From Balanoglossus misakiensis (taxonomy: Eukaryota > Animalia > Hemichordata), in contig CM082585.2 of assembly GCA_040954595.2 (NCBI GenBank), positions 4,365,358 through 4,429,357 of the forward strand: a stretch of DNA of 64,000 nucleotides, in the 5' to 3' direction. Within the stretch, counting starts at the first letter, position 1; every line of letters starts with the position of its first letter. A program made the position numbers and the translations under genes. This document shows, piece by piece, positions 51,001-62,000 of this stretch. The notes beneath the pieces were generated by a model. It searched no databases. It was given only the letters and a program-made list of their open reading frames with translations, and was not told where the DNA came from.

Positions 51001-52786
51001 CATCTTGCAATTCGACAAAGGACAAATGTTAGCACAGTAATAACAAAGCAGTGCTTAAAAAAGAAATATATTTGGTTGGATTTCCTGACTGCAGGCAAGA
51101 AACTACGTAGTCTAAAACTGTTTCATCCGGAATCCAAACAAATATTTTTCTTGTTTAAGCACGCCTTTGTTATTACTGTACTTACCTTTGTCCTTTGTCG
51201 AATTGTAAAATGCCAAATTCGTGTTAACAGTTATAACAAAGCAGTGCTTAAATCGAAAACATATTTGGTTAGATTGTGGATGGAACAGAAACTGTTTCAT
51301 CCAGAACTTGGACTACGTAGTGTAATGACTGCATTCAGGATGTATAGCTGTAAGTCTTCCCTTCCTACATTCAGTACAATTTTGTGTATCCGTGTGTCTT
51401 ATTTGATTTTATTGAAAGACAATAACCCCATTATAAATGCAGGCGTTCATCAAGGCTTCGTCCCTCTACCAGTTCTTACACTCATTGAAATTTCATGCAC
51501 AAATGCAATTGTAACTCTGATACAATACTCAGATGACGTCGATTGCTTAATTATTTTTCTTTAAAATAACTTCGTTTTATTACAATCTGAACATTTCTCA
51601 ACAACGACCAAAAAAGAGAGAGAGAAAAAAATACAAGCACAGACAAACTTCAGTAAAGGATATCACGTTTTTAAGCTCTTTTTTGAAAATTATATCAGTA
51701 TTTGAATCATGAATACATAAATAAACGGCATTTATGGATTGCTTAAAAGATGAATTCACCGGATCTTAGATACAGCTCAGATTAAGCAGCTCATTAAATG
51801 GTTCATAGAAACCTTTCCAATACTAAATGGCGGGAAATAAACGAGTGGGTGCGTGATAACAGACACAAGAGTATAACAACTAATGCAATTACAAGGAAGA
51901 AATTTAAATTGTGAATTCATTGTAATATTTTGTTTTGACAGTAAGCTGGGTTTGTAAATAAATGCACATCCGATTTCCAAAAAATTACAACACAGATTTT
52001 AGGCCTATGTTAGGCAGATAAAAACGTTTTCACGTAAGTCGACGTGTACGTGTAAAAGATAATTTTAATAGAATGTTATCTAGACTTTAATATCACAACA
52101 TATTATAGAAATATGGCCATAACAAACAAACGCAAACTCAGGGAGACTAATAAAATAACAAGCACATACTATAGGAATGGAACATTTTAAACTGTTAACA
52201 TCATATACAACTCCATCTATCAGTATTTGGTTGGCTGAAGTTGTTGGAATTGTAACAGAACATGTAACAATTTGTTGTATAATTATCAATGGGTTTTAAA
52301 ACCTACAGTCAAGCATTATCGTCCAATCAGCACGACTGGTCAGATAAGATATGTTGAGCAGAATGGTGGCAGTTCGAAGATAGATGAAACTTCAAAGCAG
52401 CGACACGTTTCTCAAACCGACAAATTACCGAGAGATTTCGATTTTTGAATTTTCGGTGAAACAAGGCGTAAACATTAGAAATTTTTCCAGACATAAATTT
52501 AATCTTGTAACACAGTGTGTCTGATGTAAATTTCCAAATAAAGCTAAAACCGCAAATACATGTAGGCCTATCAGTGACATGAATGTCGCAACTTAATTAC
52601 TATAATTTGTTTCAATTCTTGTATCCATTATTTAATTACACTACGTAATTATACAGGTACTGCACGAGAACGTTACAAGCTTCGATTAATTTGAATTGTA
52701 TGAAGTAAATATAATCTTACCTTGCACGAGATATAAAGCGTAATTACCAGTAAAAGTGTACAAAAACACACACTCAACTTTTCCAT
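22001..52786 (-). CDS. GRL101-like: Copy B (complete): ~2469-aa multidomain GRL101-like LDLa/LRR GPCR with EGF, F-type lectin, C-type lectin and CUB ectodomain and a pseudokinase-like tail; 41 exons
   Basis: Exons read by eye, all GT-AG: 52721-52786, 48820-48940, 48408-48530, 47734-47835, 45625-45732, 44663-44782, 43958-44077, 43362-43577, 42647-42850, 41930-42037, 40042-40170, 39316-39607, 38637-38713, 37891-38028, 37558-37668, 36957-37076, 35907-36061, 35359-35452, 34323-34649, 33694-33885, 32944-33336, 32014-32442, 31228-31440, 31043-31112, 30535-30746, 29733-30140, 29482-29601, 28905-29024, 28429-28545, 27915-28211, 27426-27542, 26964-27080, 26727-26829, 26508-26576, 26059-26130, 25806-25877, 25116-25187, 24755-24826, 23177-24204, 22490-22719, 22001-22156. 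They sum to 7410 nt, phases are consistent at every junction, and the model runs ATG to TAG. Most exon lengths are matched in paralogs A and C. Confidence 0.85.
23177..24204 (-). CDS. Copy B exon 39: hinge plus 7-transmembrane rhodopsin-class GPCR domain (LGR type C / GRL101-like)
   Basis: Hinge YCC...[14 protein letters not shown]; [13 protein letters not shown]; ERF at the DRY position; [17 protein letters not shown]; NSAANPVLY. Confidence 0.95.
24755..26829 (-). CDS. Copy B exons 33-38: LRRNT plus five leucine-rich-repeat exons
   Basis: [14 protein letters not shown], then 69-72-nt phase-2 exons such as [24 protein letters not shown] and [24 protein letters not shown]. Confidence 0.9.
25521..25755. 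mobile_element. Hairpin-plus-short-IR element (same family as 62019-62296)
   Basis: IR ttatattacca / tggtaatttaa, then fold-back at 25591-25748. Absent at the matching site of copy C (~61860). Confidence 0.75.
26204..26490. repeat. Compound (TACA)n(TGAA)n microsatellite
   Basis: Visible runs filling most of the intron between two LRR exons. Confidence 0.98.
26964..29601 (-). CDS. Copy B exons 27-32: seven LDLa modules of the GRL101-type cluster
   Basis: Six-Cys modules, including the atypical [23 protein letters not shown] and [22 protein letters not shown] modules of the kind seen in GRL101-like receptors. Confidence 0.85.
29733..31440 (-). CDS. Copy B exons 23-26: C-type lectin domain 2 (QPD...WHD) and a degenerate C-type-lectin-like domain
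   Basis: HCYKF...[19 protein letters not shown]...YIGL...RWTDG..M.YTDW...[10 protein letters not shown]...WHDIPC...QFICK. Exon 29733-30140 begins [15 protein letters not shown] and ends ECLVL...LQNC...YDLCR. Confidence 0.8.
32014..33336 (-). CDS. Copy B exons 21-22: two CUB domains (a more diverged CUB is split over 35359-37076)
   Basis: [23 protein letters not shown]...KFCG...RGFSAHY and [27 protein letters not shown]...GTFC...SGFLAKY. Confidence 0.9.
33694..34649 (-). CDS. Copy B exons 19-20: unrecognised ~170-aa extracellular domain
   Basis: In-frame, splice-flanked exons conserved in copy A (3933-4259, 2065-2256). Sequence includes [12 protein letters not shown]...YPGIYR...FSLVSQNEI...FQPGDFIG. 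Confidence 0.7.
36444..36849 (-). mobile_element. 5'-truncated non-LTR retrotransposon (LINE ORF2 C-terminal CCHC knuckle plus 3' UTR)
   Basis: [27 protein letters not shown]...NKRVELAN*, followed by AATAAA and an AT-rich tail. 15-bp TSD cacaatttgtttatt at 36429-36443 and 36850-36864. Absent from copy A. Confidence 0.85.
38637..39607 (-). CDS. Copy B exons 12-13: C-type lectin domain 1
   Basis: [16 protein letters not shown]...FWIDG...[12 protein letters not shown] spliced in phase 2 to ...[15 protein letters not shown]. Confidence 0.8.
40351..41627. mobile_element. Hairpin-plus-IR element, specific to copy B
   Basis: Fold-back at 40351-40516, then 23-bp IR ttatcacatacatagaccaagtt (40519) ... 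aactcggtctatgtatgtgataa (41605-41627). Absent from copy A intron 9669-10050. Confidence 0.8.
42647..43577 (-). CDS. Copy B exons 8-9: F-type (fucolectin/FTP) lectin domain
   Basis: [13 protein letters not shown]...AENAVDG...SCTHT...PWWRVDL...[12 protein letters not shown]...GRYVSV...LTLCEVEVY. The canonical H-x26-R-x-D-x4-R fucose motif is intact. Confidence 0.9.
43030..43320 (+). mobile_element. Decayed Penelope-like reverse transcriptase fragment
   Basis: Frameshifted remnants [28 protein letters not shown] and PAYG, resembling Penelope-type RT motifs (YIDDL, LYDKRDDFNF, PAYGVY). Confidence 0.6.
43958..47835 (-). CDS. Copy B exons 4-7: four LDL-receptor class A modules
   Basis: Six-Cys LDLa patterns with an acidic DC..G.DE-type motif, e.g. 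[32 protein letters not shown] and [36 protein letters not shown]. Confidence 0.8.
44219..44256 (-). ncRNA. Minimal type I hammerhead ribozyme motif (Penelope-like element type)
   Basis: CAC-CUGACGA-a-GUCUGA-guua-UCAGAC-GAAA-CG-UU-GUG: core boxes, 6-bp stem II, palindromic ACGU stem III and 3-bp stem I. It lies in a copy-B-specific insert at ~44140-44580. Confidence 0.6.
44940..45462 (-). mobile_element. Internal fragment of the 2367-3448 element family, inverted and lacking the nested MITE
   Basis: Reverse-complement similarity to 2430-3355. gacatattaagatgcat (~45280-45296) is the empty TTAA site of the nested MITE. Confidence 0.8.
46211..46622. mobile_element. MITE with 20-bp TIR and 9-bp TSD
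   Basis: TAGCCCGGAGACACAGGCGT ... ACGCCTGTGTCTCCGGGCTA with acataaatg duplicated on both sides. Empty site in copy A at ~16365-16375. Confidence 0.9.
46697..47720 (+). mobile_element. Helentron-associated (HINE/DINE-1/pearl-type) non-autonomous element carrying a tandem array
   Basis: 5' subTIR agctctgctg with local IR, (CGTC)-type microsatellite, ~145-bp repeats, 3' subTIR cagcagagct, short palindrome tgaccgataggtca. Inserted in a T-run and absent from copy A. Confidence 0.8.
46800..47500. repeat. ~145-bp tandem repeat, about 4.7 copies
   Basis: agctgaaatttgg recurs at 46833, 46978, 47124, 47270 and 47413. Confidence 0.95.
47940..48091. repeat. (CA)n(TACA)n microsatellite
   Basis: Visible run, in the same intron position as 16684-16846 of copy A. 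Confidence 0.98.
48204..48261 (-). ncRNA. Type I hammerhead-like motif with a 7-nt insertion in the core
   Basis: AGUCUC-CUG[AGGCCUU]AUGA-GUGAGUC-cagu-GACUAAC-GAAA-CAACGUUG-UA-GAGAUU. Stems I-III pair. Confidence 0.5.
48408..48940 (-). CDS. Copy B exons 2-3: EGF-like plus calcium-binding EGF
   Basis: [17 protein letters not shown] and [41 protein letters not shown] (cbEGF consensus). Confidence 0.85.
49311..50985. mobile_element. 1.7-kb non-autonomous TIR element with TTAA TSD (Kolobok-like termini)
   Basis: 16-bp perfect TIR AGCTGCACAGTTGATG, with TTAA at 49307-49310 and 50986-50989. GC-rich interior, absent from copy A intron 1, no transposase recognised. Confidence 0.85.
51400..51550 (+). 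mobile_element. Possible highly decayed LINE reverse-transcriptase remnant
   Basis: [12 protein letters not shown]...LIQYSDD resembles the RT motifs GVPQGSVLxP...YADD. Confidence 0.4.
52721..52786 (-). CDS. Copy B exon 1: signal peptide
   Basis: [22 protein letters not shown] followed by GTAAG donor. Hydrophobic core, and a 66-nt counterpart at 18370-18435. Confidence 0.8.
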
Positions 52787-53728
52787 GGTTTCTATCGCCG
52801 CGAGGTACCAACCGTTGGCATCTCAATCTCAAAGAATGCCTGTTCGCATGAAATGTGTAATGTTACTATACTTGAAGACTGGTTTCCAACTGCACTGCGG
52901 GGTTTGACTCCTTGGCCAAGCATATCAACTATGACTAACCAAATGTCGCTTGAATAAATTAAAACACCGACCAGTAGCTGCTGTAATACGTATCAATTGC
53001 ATCTTCTGATTTCCTTTATGGAGGCAATGCATTCAGGCTAGACTGAGAAACCCGATGCGCTTTTCCCCAAGCAAACATAATTTATTAATCGCCAGAATCC
53101 ACGAAAAAATGACTGTTCAAATAAAAGACGTTAATGACATACAGCATGTACTCCTTACAAAAGCATGAAGGTATACACAGAAATAATACACATGGACGTG
53201 AGATATGATTCTCATTGCGGCATAGAGCTGGGTCTGTGGCCCAAAAAACAGTCTTGATTGTAAACTCATTGTTTTATGTGATTTCTAGTCTTAAACTACT
53301 AGAAAGGTCGTTGGAACCGATCGGACTATGACATTTTATTTCAGTATACGTGTTCATAGATGTCCGGATGCGATGATGAGTCAACATTGCGGGAATAACG
53401 GCACACATGAACTCTGTACAAATGTTAGGAAAGTCAACCGACCTTCAGTTCTGTTCGTTCACATGCTTGGCCGATTTCGTTTGCTGTCGTTAATGTGATC
53501 TGCCTCTTGTTATTTTGTCACGTGATGCTGTTTTTATTCAATGTCTACCATCTAACATCTAATGCCGAGAGCTTCTAGACAACTAACGAAAGATATACAG
53601 CCCACACCTAGTTCAATCAATGCCGAATGTCACAAAGCGCGTGGTTCAGGGAATGGAAAGTTGTTTAAAGTTTAAACACAAAACCTGTGAGTCGTCCTGC
53701 TAATCACAAATGAACTGTACAACAAGAT

Positions 53729-54598
53729 TAGCCTTATGCCTGGCCATATGCCGCCTTTGTGACAAGGATTAATAATTAATAGTTTTTAACAAGTTCTTTG
53801 TGCGACAAAGATTTGTGAATCTATGTCTGAATATCAACTACCATTGTACATTTTTATCGTGTTCAGCTGAATGCCAACTCGTGCTTTTTCAATGGTTGCT
53901 CTCACCAAATTCAGTTTTGATAAAAAAACACGTGACCATCACTTGCAAACTCTATTGTCAGTGGACCTTCGAAGAACACGAGTCTGTCGTTCAACTTTCA
54001 AAGTCATCCAATAACAAAGTCACCCAACCACGGGTTCAAACATTGAATGTTCATAGGTGATCCTCAAGACTAGCTCAACAGAGCATAGACAACAGATGCA
54101 GGTTTCCACTATACACAGCGCATAACACAACACGTCAAATCCGTGAAAGAAAATTGAATTCAACTTGTAGGATTTATTCATGACATACATTTATGGCATG
54201 AGAGCGATCAATCAATTAATGGCATTCTGGGGTCATTGTCATCTCCATCCTCATATACACGGAAGCAATGATCGTACGTCTGTCTGTATGACTGTCTGTC
54301 TGTCTGTGTGGGTGTCATGTTCTATTTACTATTCTGATGCATTTAAGTATAAGTAAGGCGCACCCTTATAAAAGATTACTACGAATTAATTGTCAATGGT
54401 AGGAGCATGTCAAGATGTTTTTATTCCTACAGACAGGTCGAGCTCGATTACTGTCAATGAAAGCTCTGAATGTATGCCAAAATAACATTTACAATGACAC
54501 AGTGACGTAACTTGCCAACAAGAAACCGCATTTAATTAACATCCAGTACTATGACGATTTGGTGTAGATTCAGGCAGCTTTTGCCATTTAAGCAGACG
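53729..54598. mobile_element. Insertion upstream of copy B, possibly HINE-like
   Basis: Interrupts acaagattt^atcttctc, which is contiguous upstream of copy A (~19280). Inserted in a T-run with weak subterminal IRs (tgcctg/caggca) and an internal (TGTC)n tract. Confidence 0.4.
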
Positions 54599-55582
54599 TT
54601 TGTCTTCTCATAACTAACTTTGAAAGTTGGAATTCGCATCCAAGTTTGTTCAAATTATGTCGGAAATGCTATACAGTGATTCAGGGGAAATTGTAAGATT
54701 TTATGGTAAAACCTCTTGGGCTATGACTCACTAGGAGTGAAACATTGCTTTGGTTGTAGTATGGCATTCCCTAAAATTTGAATAGTGCAGATTGGGACGA
54801 ATCTGTTGGATATATATGTTCCTTCGAATGATACACATGTATCCAATTTCGGACACGTTTACTTTTACTGACGTTTGAATTTATTAACAATGTTTACTGA
54901 CAAACTAAATGCCACATATCTTCCAAAGATTTTAAAGCAATGGATAAAACGAAAGGATTCATTCTACTGATAACGCTATTTATTGTTTCAGTGCTAACTA
55001 TGGGATTCAAAACATTTCTGCATTTGAGAACGACTGAATTATTCAGGTAATAAGTGTAAAAGTTATTTGTTGAGACTTTGTTATCAATGCCAGCCTTGTA
55101 AATCCAGTATGCTTGGGATTCGTTTCCTATAGACTAAATGACACGCTTCAAGTCTTGATAATAATTTCATTAACCTGACAAACATGTTCTGAACACTTTC
55201 CGTCTTGAAATGCAAAGTAGCATAAATGATAAGGCCAACATGTTGTCGAGTAGAAAGTGGGGTTAAACAGGGTCGGTCTGTGATACGGTTTTTTTCAGGG
55301 GCGACATTTGATGAAAGACAACGACTCAAAAGCCATCCTTGAAACTAATGGATGAAAGGAAAACAAACTGAAAGTGAGATTACAGTATCTTGAGAACCTC
55401 AGTGCGATATCATGTGCAGCATGATTATTATTTAAGGAACACTCACCATAAGTTTTGGTTATCTTTTTCATATTTTCGTGTTTCATGAAAATATTTATAT
55501 GAATAAATGCTTGTCGAAGAAAGGGCAGGGAATGAATAAATAGCTGAGTAGCCAAACAAACAAACAAAAACCAAAGAAATAA

Positions 55583-55645
55583 AAATGAATGAATGAATGA
55601 ATGAAGGAAGGAAGGAAGGAAGGAAGGAAGGAAGGAAGGAAGGAA
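55583..55645. repeat. (GAAT)n(GAAG)n microsatellite
   Basis: Visible run, with a shorter counterpart at ~20245-20267. Confidence 0.9.
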
Positions 55646-56863
55646 TTCTAGGTTGTTTATGGTAAAGTGTTGTTGTTGGTGTTGTTGTCGCTGTTGTTGT
55701 TGTTGTGGTGGGTGGTGGTGGTGTTATTACTATTTTGTTTCGTTATACCCTAACTACGGATCCCTAGAACTATATTATTATAGCTAAAGGGAAAAACGGC
55801 ACCGCACATAGATTCAATTTGTTGGGGGTGGAATTTTTATGTGACTTCCCAACATGCAGGCGCTACCGCTTTTCCATGTGGAGTGCATGGTAAAGCCTAA
55901 ATTTTAAAAATGGACGCATAGAATTATATAGCACATTACATAATAAATGATTAATAAATTATCCCAATGCCCTTTACAATTCATTTGATTCTACGAAACA
56001 GATCGAAATACACGCATGTGTGTAATGCGACAAAAGGCCAACTTTAAACGTGTATGTAGGCACAACTATGTCCTACGTCCTTGTGTCAATCTTCATTTAT
56101 TACTTCAATAAACGTTTAACACTGGTTGATGATTCAAATGAAGTAAGACTTAGCCATTTTACAACCACGTGGTATTTAAACGTGTGGATCACAATAGCCC
56201 CTTTTCTATTGCTTGTTTACGAATTAATAAAAACTTAAGCCTTAAATGCCAACTATAAGCTTGAATAAAGAGTGTAATAATAAAGCGTGAAATATTATTA
56301 ATGAATAGTAATATTGGTTAATAAAACATGAATATTTTCATCAATCCTACACTCTAATAGTACAAAAAATGTACACAAGTATTTTGTAACAAAGTAGGAT
56401 AAAAATAAGTAACAAGGTAAACATACGAAGAAATCAGGATATATCATATTAAAATATTATATCATATCTCGTCATATCATTTATCATATGATATATATCA
56501 TATATATCAAATTATATATTGTCATAGACATGTTCATATCATATCATAAAATCATATCTTGCAATATACATGTTTCATATATCATATCATACTAAATCAT
56601 ATCATATCGCGTTGAATACCTTCAACATGTATTTAAAAAGATACCGATTCATAATGTTTCCAAACAAATACGCTACATACGTTATGGATACGCAGTGCGT
56701 ACTTCAATTTGGTTATTGTAATCTAGAGCCGAGCTGCCAATCAAATAAAAACAACAAATAAGCAAAACATTCAATTGGCATATATAGTTGCATTTCATAA
56801 TGTGTGTCTTCTAATAGTTACTGTCAAAACATCTTTTTGTAAGAATTTGGGCCTAATTTATGT

Positions 56864-57460
56864 ATTGTAAATATCCATTTACTATTTTTATTCCGTGTCA
56901 AAATATAGTGAAATAGGCAACATCCTTTATGTACAACAATCACATCTGTACAGCAATCACCTAATGAAGAATTGTAAACACATTGTCAGAGAGAAAATGC
57001 TGATATAAATATAAAAGCGGAAATATCGCTTATATATTTGTTAATATTCCATATAAAGTTGAAAAATTAATATTATCCTTTAAAAAATGAAGATTTGAAG
57101 AATAGCTGGACAGCTTTGATGGAGTGAATATAAGTGCTGCTGTAATAAAAATGTGCCCACAATTGTAAATATCCATTTACTATTTTTATTCCGTGTCAAA
57201 ATATAGTGAAATAGGCAACATCCTTTATGTACAACAATCACATCTGTACAGCAATCACCTAATGAAGAATTGTAAACACATTGTCAGAGAGAAAATGCTG
57301 ATATAAATATAAAAGCGGAAATATCGCTTATATATTTGTTAATATTCCATATAAAGTTGAAAAATTAATATTATCCTTTAAAAAATGAAGATTTGAAGAA
57401 TAGCTGGACAGCTTTGATGGAGTGAATATAAGTGCTGCTGTAATAAAAATGTGCCCACAA
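56864..57460. repeat. Apparently perfect 298-bp tandem duplication
   Basis: attgtaaatatccatttac... begins at 56864 and 57162. No differences seen by eye. Confidence 0.9.
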
Positions 57461-57494
57461 TAAATATATATAGTCGTAAAACCTACACTATACA

Positions 57495-57837
57495 CATGAT
57501 GACTGACCATGAGGGCAACAGTGTATTTTGATTTCCGAGGGCGCTGCTAGTCACAACTAAAACAGTCTTGTTTTCCCGAGGATATAGCCCGAGGGAAAAC
57601 AGACTGTTTTGGTGTGACTGGCAGTCCTGAGGTCATCAAAAATACACTGTTGCCCGAATAGGTCAGTCATCATGAGTTTTGTAACACACCAAACTCGGAA
57701 TTATATCAAGACGGGGCAACAGTACCGGGCAGAAACTGATCGAAATGATGCCCTAGGGAACAGTTCAAAATGACTAAGGTCACGTGACGGCGTATTGACG
57801 AATCACGATCGAGGGTTCGCTGCATGGTGTGTTACAA
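57495..57837. mobile_element. Hairpin-plus-short-IR element
   Basis: Fold-back at 57495-57674, then ttgtaacacacca (57679) ... tggtgtgttacaa (57825-57837). Confidence 0.75.
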
Positions 57838-58302
57838 TAGAGACTGTACTTATATCTTGCCACAGTCTAGATTGCGCTCAAAATGTGTGAGAAGAGCGCC
57901 CTCAAAATGTAACAGCTTGTCATTGATCCTCCCAATTTAGAGTGGCTATAGTTTTGTGTGTCAGCTTCGTTTCCTAGTATGTTCAAGATTAAATTTCAGC
58001 CAAATGCAAGCCTATTCGAGACACAGTTTAGGAAACTAACGCCTCTCATGTTTCTTCCAGCGACATTTGTTTCTCCACACAAAACAAATATGTGGCCTTG
58101 TATTGTGGGTTAAGTATATTATGTAATAAAATTTAAGTGGTTTCTGAAATACGATGACAGGTTCCTTTTTGATCGTGGTATAATAAACATTAAAACGACC
58201 ATGTAAACAAATAAATGTGTTCTACAGTTAATAATTCAAACATACAATTAACTTAAAACAAAACACCAATGCCCGTACAGGCGTGAGTCGTGACTAAACT
58301 TT

Positions 58303-59036
58303 CTAGTCCAATTTCTGAGTTTTCTTTGCACAGTTAACCAGTCGTGAAATCAGTCTTCCATAAGCCGTTATATCTTTGCTATATGCTAATTTTTCGCCTA
58401 TCTTCTCGATGATCTTTGATTTGCTGACATCTGACAGGAAAGCCTTGTTGATGGTATTCTATAAAATGGGATAAAAACACATTCAATTTGGTGAATAGCA
58501 AATAGGTCAGCTTGTAGGTGGAAATTTGTTGAGGAATCTCATGCAGTCTTTTTGATATATTTGGGTGAAATTTAGGGCTAGAATAATGTGACATGTGTAC
58601 TCGATCAACACTATCAAGAGCATACTGCCCACAACCCATTAAGCATTTCAAAAACAGGGAAACCCAGAGATTTAAAAAGCAGGTAACCCCAGCAATTTAA
58701 AAACCATCCTCAGGCTGGATAAAATGACCAGTCCTTAAATATGGTATGATTGATTAATGTCTTTCTTCTGTAAAGATTACAAGGCGGGAACACGCATGTC
58801 ACTTACATCATCATCTTTTACGGTGACCAGAACACTTTCTTCCCGGATATTGTTGTGCAAGGTACCTCTGCTATGGAGGAAGTCCATAGCGGTAGCGATG
58901 TCACGAGCAATGGCGTAGACATCTTTAATCCGCAAACCCTTTGGTCTCTCTCTAATGTGATCGGACAGAGGTACGTATTTCAAGGGCAGAGATGGAATCA
59001 TGTTACTCTTTGGCATCTGGTCGTGAAGGAACAAAA
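58303..59036 (-). CDS. Copy C exons 40-41: degenerate protein-kinase C-lobe fragment
   Basis: [29 protein letters not shown] / KAFLSDVSKS / [10 protein letters not shown]. The Asp at the DFG position is retained here. Confidence 0.7.
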
Positions 59037-62000
59037 CTGTAAAGAGAAATAAAACCATGCTATAGAGCGTGTTTGTACTATTGTACGGAGATAGCGTGGA
59101 CTCTTGGCCGTTTTGGTTGAAAAGCAAACTGCCAATCAATATAACTGGTCCAAAATCAACAGCACGTTGGTGCGCTCAGAAGAGGGCCAAACTGAGAACG
59201 GCCACGTTGCGTGGGGGAATTGATGAGTGTTTAAGGTATTATGATAATTTTACTTGCGAATTTTGCGACATAAAGTTCGGCAAAAATTTGAATTCATCTG
59301 CACAGGCTCCGGTCAAAATTTAACGTGAACCGACAGACAGACAGACAGAGACACATACAGAGACAGACAGACAGACACACAGACAGACAATTATCTGCTT
59401 TATGTATACCTGTCGGATCTGTACGCAGCGTCGTACTCGCAGTGGATTTCATACTCTGTCTTGCCGCTGCCTTTCTGTTTGAGTTGATAACCGATATCGT
59501 GTACAGGACAGGGTTTGCAGCAGAGTTGACGGGCAAGATGAACACAGCTGTCCACGCATACACAACACCCGGAATTGTGACTGTGTTTGAGAGCGCTAAC
59601 ATGCCCATGACCGTAATTGGCACCCAGCAACAGAAATCGGTCAACACAATCAACGTCATTCGTTTGGCAATTGACGCTTCCTTCGATTTGCTGCGTGACT
59701 GGGCACCGGTTGCCGACCCAGTACGCTCTATGACGATATACATCACCAAATAACAAACAAAAATAATAACAAAGGAAATGAAATTCAGGAACAATAGAAT
59801 GACTGAATATTCCCAGCCAGGCGTTTGGTCATTTGTTAAATACAACGAAAGGCATACTGGGGACCGCCCGTAGTAGTTGTCACCAAAGTACGAGATTCTA
59901 AACAGCGGTAGCAAACTGACGACCAAACAGACAACCCATGCAAACACCGTCAGCGCAGCTGCATATTTGAACTTGAAGAACATAAACCTCAGCGGAAAGA
60001 CGATCTTAAGAAACCTCTCCACTGTTATCAAGGTCAAAACAAAGACGGACACTTCACTAGAGAGAGTCGCTAGGAAACCGGCGAAATGACACAAACGAGA
60101 ACTTCGCCATATTTCATCGAATCTAACATAGACCCCACGATAGTACATGTCCGTTGATGCTATGATCATCAAGTATAGCCCCATCAGAAAATCGGAAATA
60201 GCCAAATTCCAAATCAAGAAAGTAGGTATATTGTTTAAGTCTTTCTGTTTCAGTCGCCAAACGATGACAAATGCGTTGCCGAGGAGAGCAAATGTGCCAA
60301 GAATCCAAATGAAAACCCGCAGAACATTGTTAGCCATGAGATCCTCACAAGACGAGAACGCATCCCCGGGTGGCGTACAAACCTCAACATGCGGATTCGT
60401 TAGGACCATACAGCAATATGTGAAAGAATCAGTGAATCTGTCGAGATAGGAGAAAAAAACGAAAACTGTTTACGACAAAAATACAGATTGTTGTTGACCA
60501 TTGTTGCTTATGACCAAAGAACAAGCTACCATTGCGACTGTAAGAGTTTGTTCCCAGCGCAGTATATTCCAAATTTAAAACACCTGTCCATCTCCGGACA
60601 GGGAAACATATTTTGAAAATACATGTAACAAATGAAATGCAAGTTAGACGCTATTTCTGCCAAATTCATTCGTTCTCTCAAATCCATAAAAGTCATTGTA
60701 GTTACACAAACAGAATACTACTAACAACACAAAGAAGTATTCTCTGTTCATGCCCATTCTTGTCACATCCTTAAATATGTCTGCTTAATAAAGACCCACA
60801 TTATAATAATGGAGAACTGTCCACCAACATATGCTGCTGTTTAATATATATGACAGCTACATGTATACATGTATGTTCAATATTTTGCCAAAACATAACA
60901 TCGCCAATGTATTCAGTTCTTTCTTCTTACTTAAAAACACATCCCTGAATAAAGCAGAAGTAAACTTACATTCGCTGCAGATTATCAAGTGGAAGAAACA
61001 ATGCATCACTGTCGAATGCAAAGCTATTACCGGTCAAATCTCTACAAGGGAAAAAACAGAGCATACAAGCTTATCCAATGATAATTCACTCGCTTTCTTT
61101 CTTTATCCGAACAATTGACTTGTTTTCATTACACGGGGACAATGGTGCTCAATAGCATGTTATTATGGGTGACATCTGACACAAGATCTATAAAGCTTTC
61201 AATATTTGGGCCATCCCAAGCAGAAAGGCGTCTTATGAGGGCGGGCGTCGTTTCGAAAAAAACTACATGTAGAGACAATGTATCAAGATTTACTGCACTG
61301 CACTGGGGTCACTGATATTTCAATGATGTGACCTCTACAAAAATGAATGTTTTTTTACATAGATATCTGATATTCTCTACAAATTTTCTGTTGTCATTTG
61401 AATGGCACCTTTTTCGATTTCTGGATTGTTTATCGTTTTTTTTTTTTCGTGTTTCACAAAAGACCGTTTAGACGGTGGTTCCCGCCACTATGCGACACGT
61501 GATCAACTCGCGCCAAATAGAAAACCGAACACATGGGCCAATAAAATAACTCTACGCTTTTAGAGACGACAATTTACCACAATTGTGAATGGAAACGGTG
61601 TAAGATTATGTACTACCTGTATTATATATATAAATATACTTACAACTGTCGCAGGTTTTTCAGTCCTTCAAATGCGCCATCGAATATTTTACCGATGCCG
61701 TTTCCTGAGAGATAACTGCAAGAAAACACTCTTATACTCAATGAGTAACAAATATTGCACCCGAGAACATGCATTACAGACATTATAACAGATGCTATCT
61801 TAAAGTGTGAGAACTCCGACCTAAACGATATTATGATATAGATCATAACGGATATTTAAATAATGATCACACCCCATTCATATAATAATATAAACAATAA
61901 ATAATCACAACTTACAGTTTCTTTAGCCGTTGTAATCCGATAAAAGTGTGTCTATAAATATGCCTCAAATTATTTCCATTTAGATTTCTGTGGCATAAAA

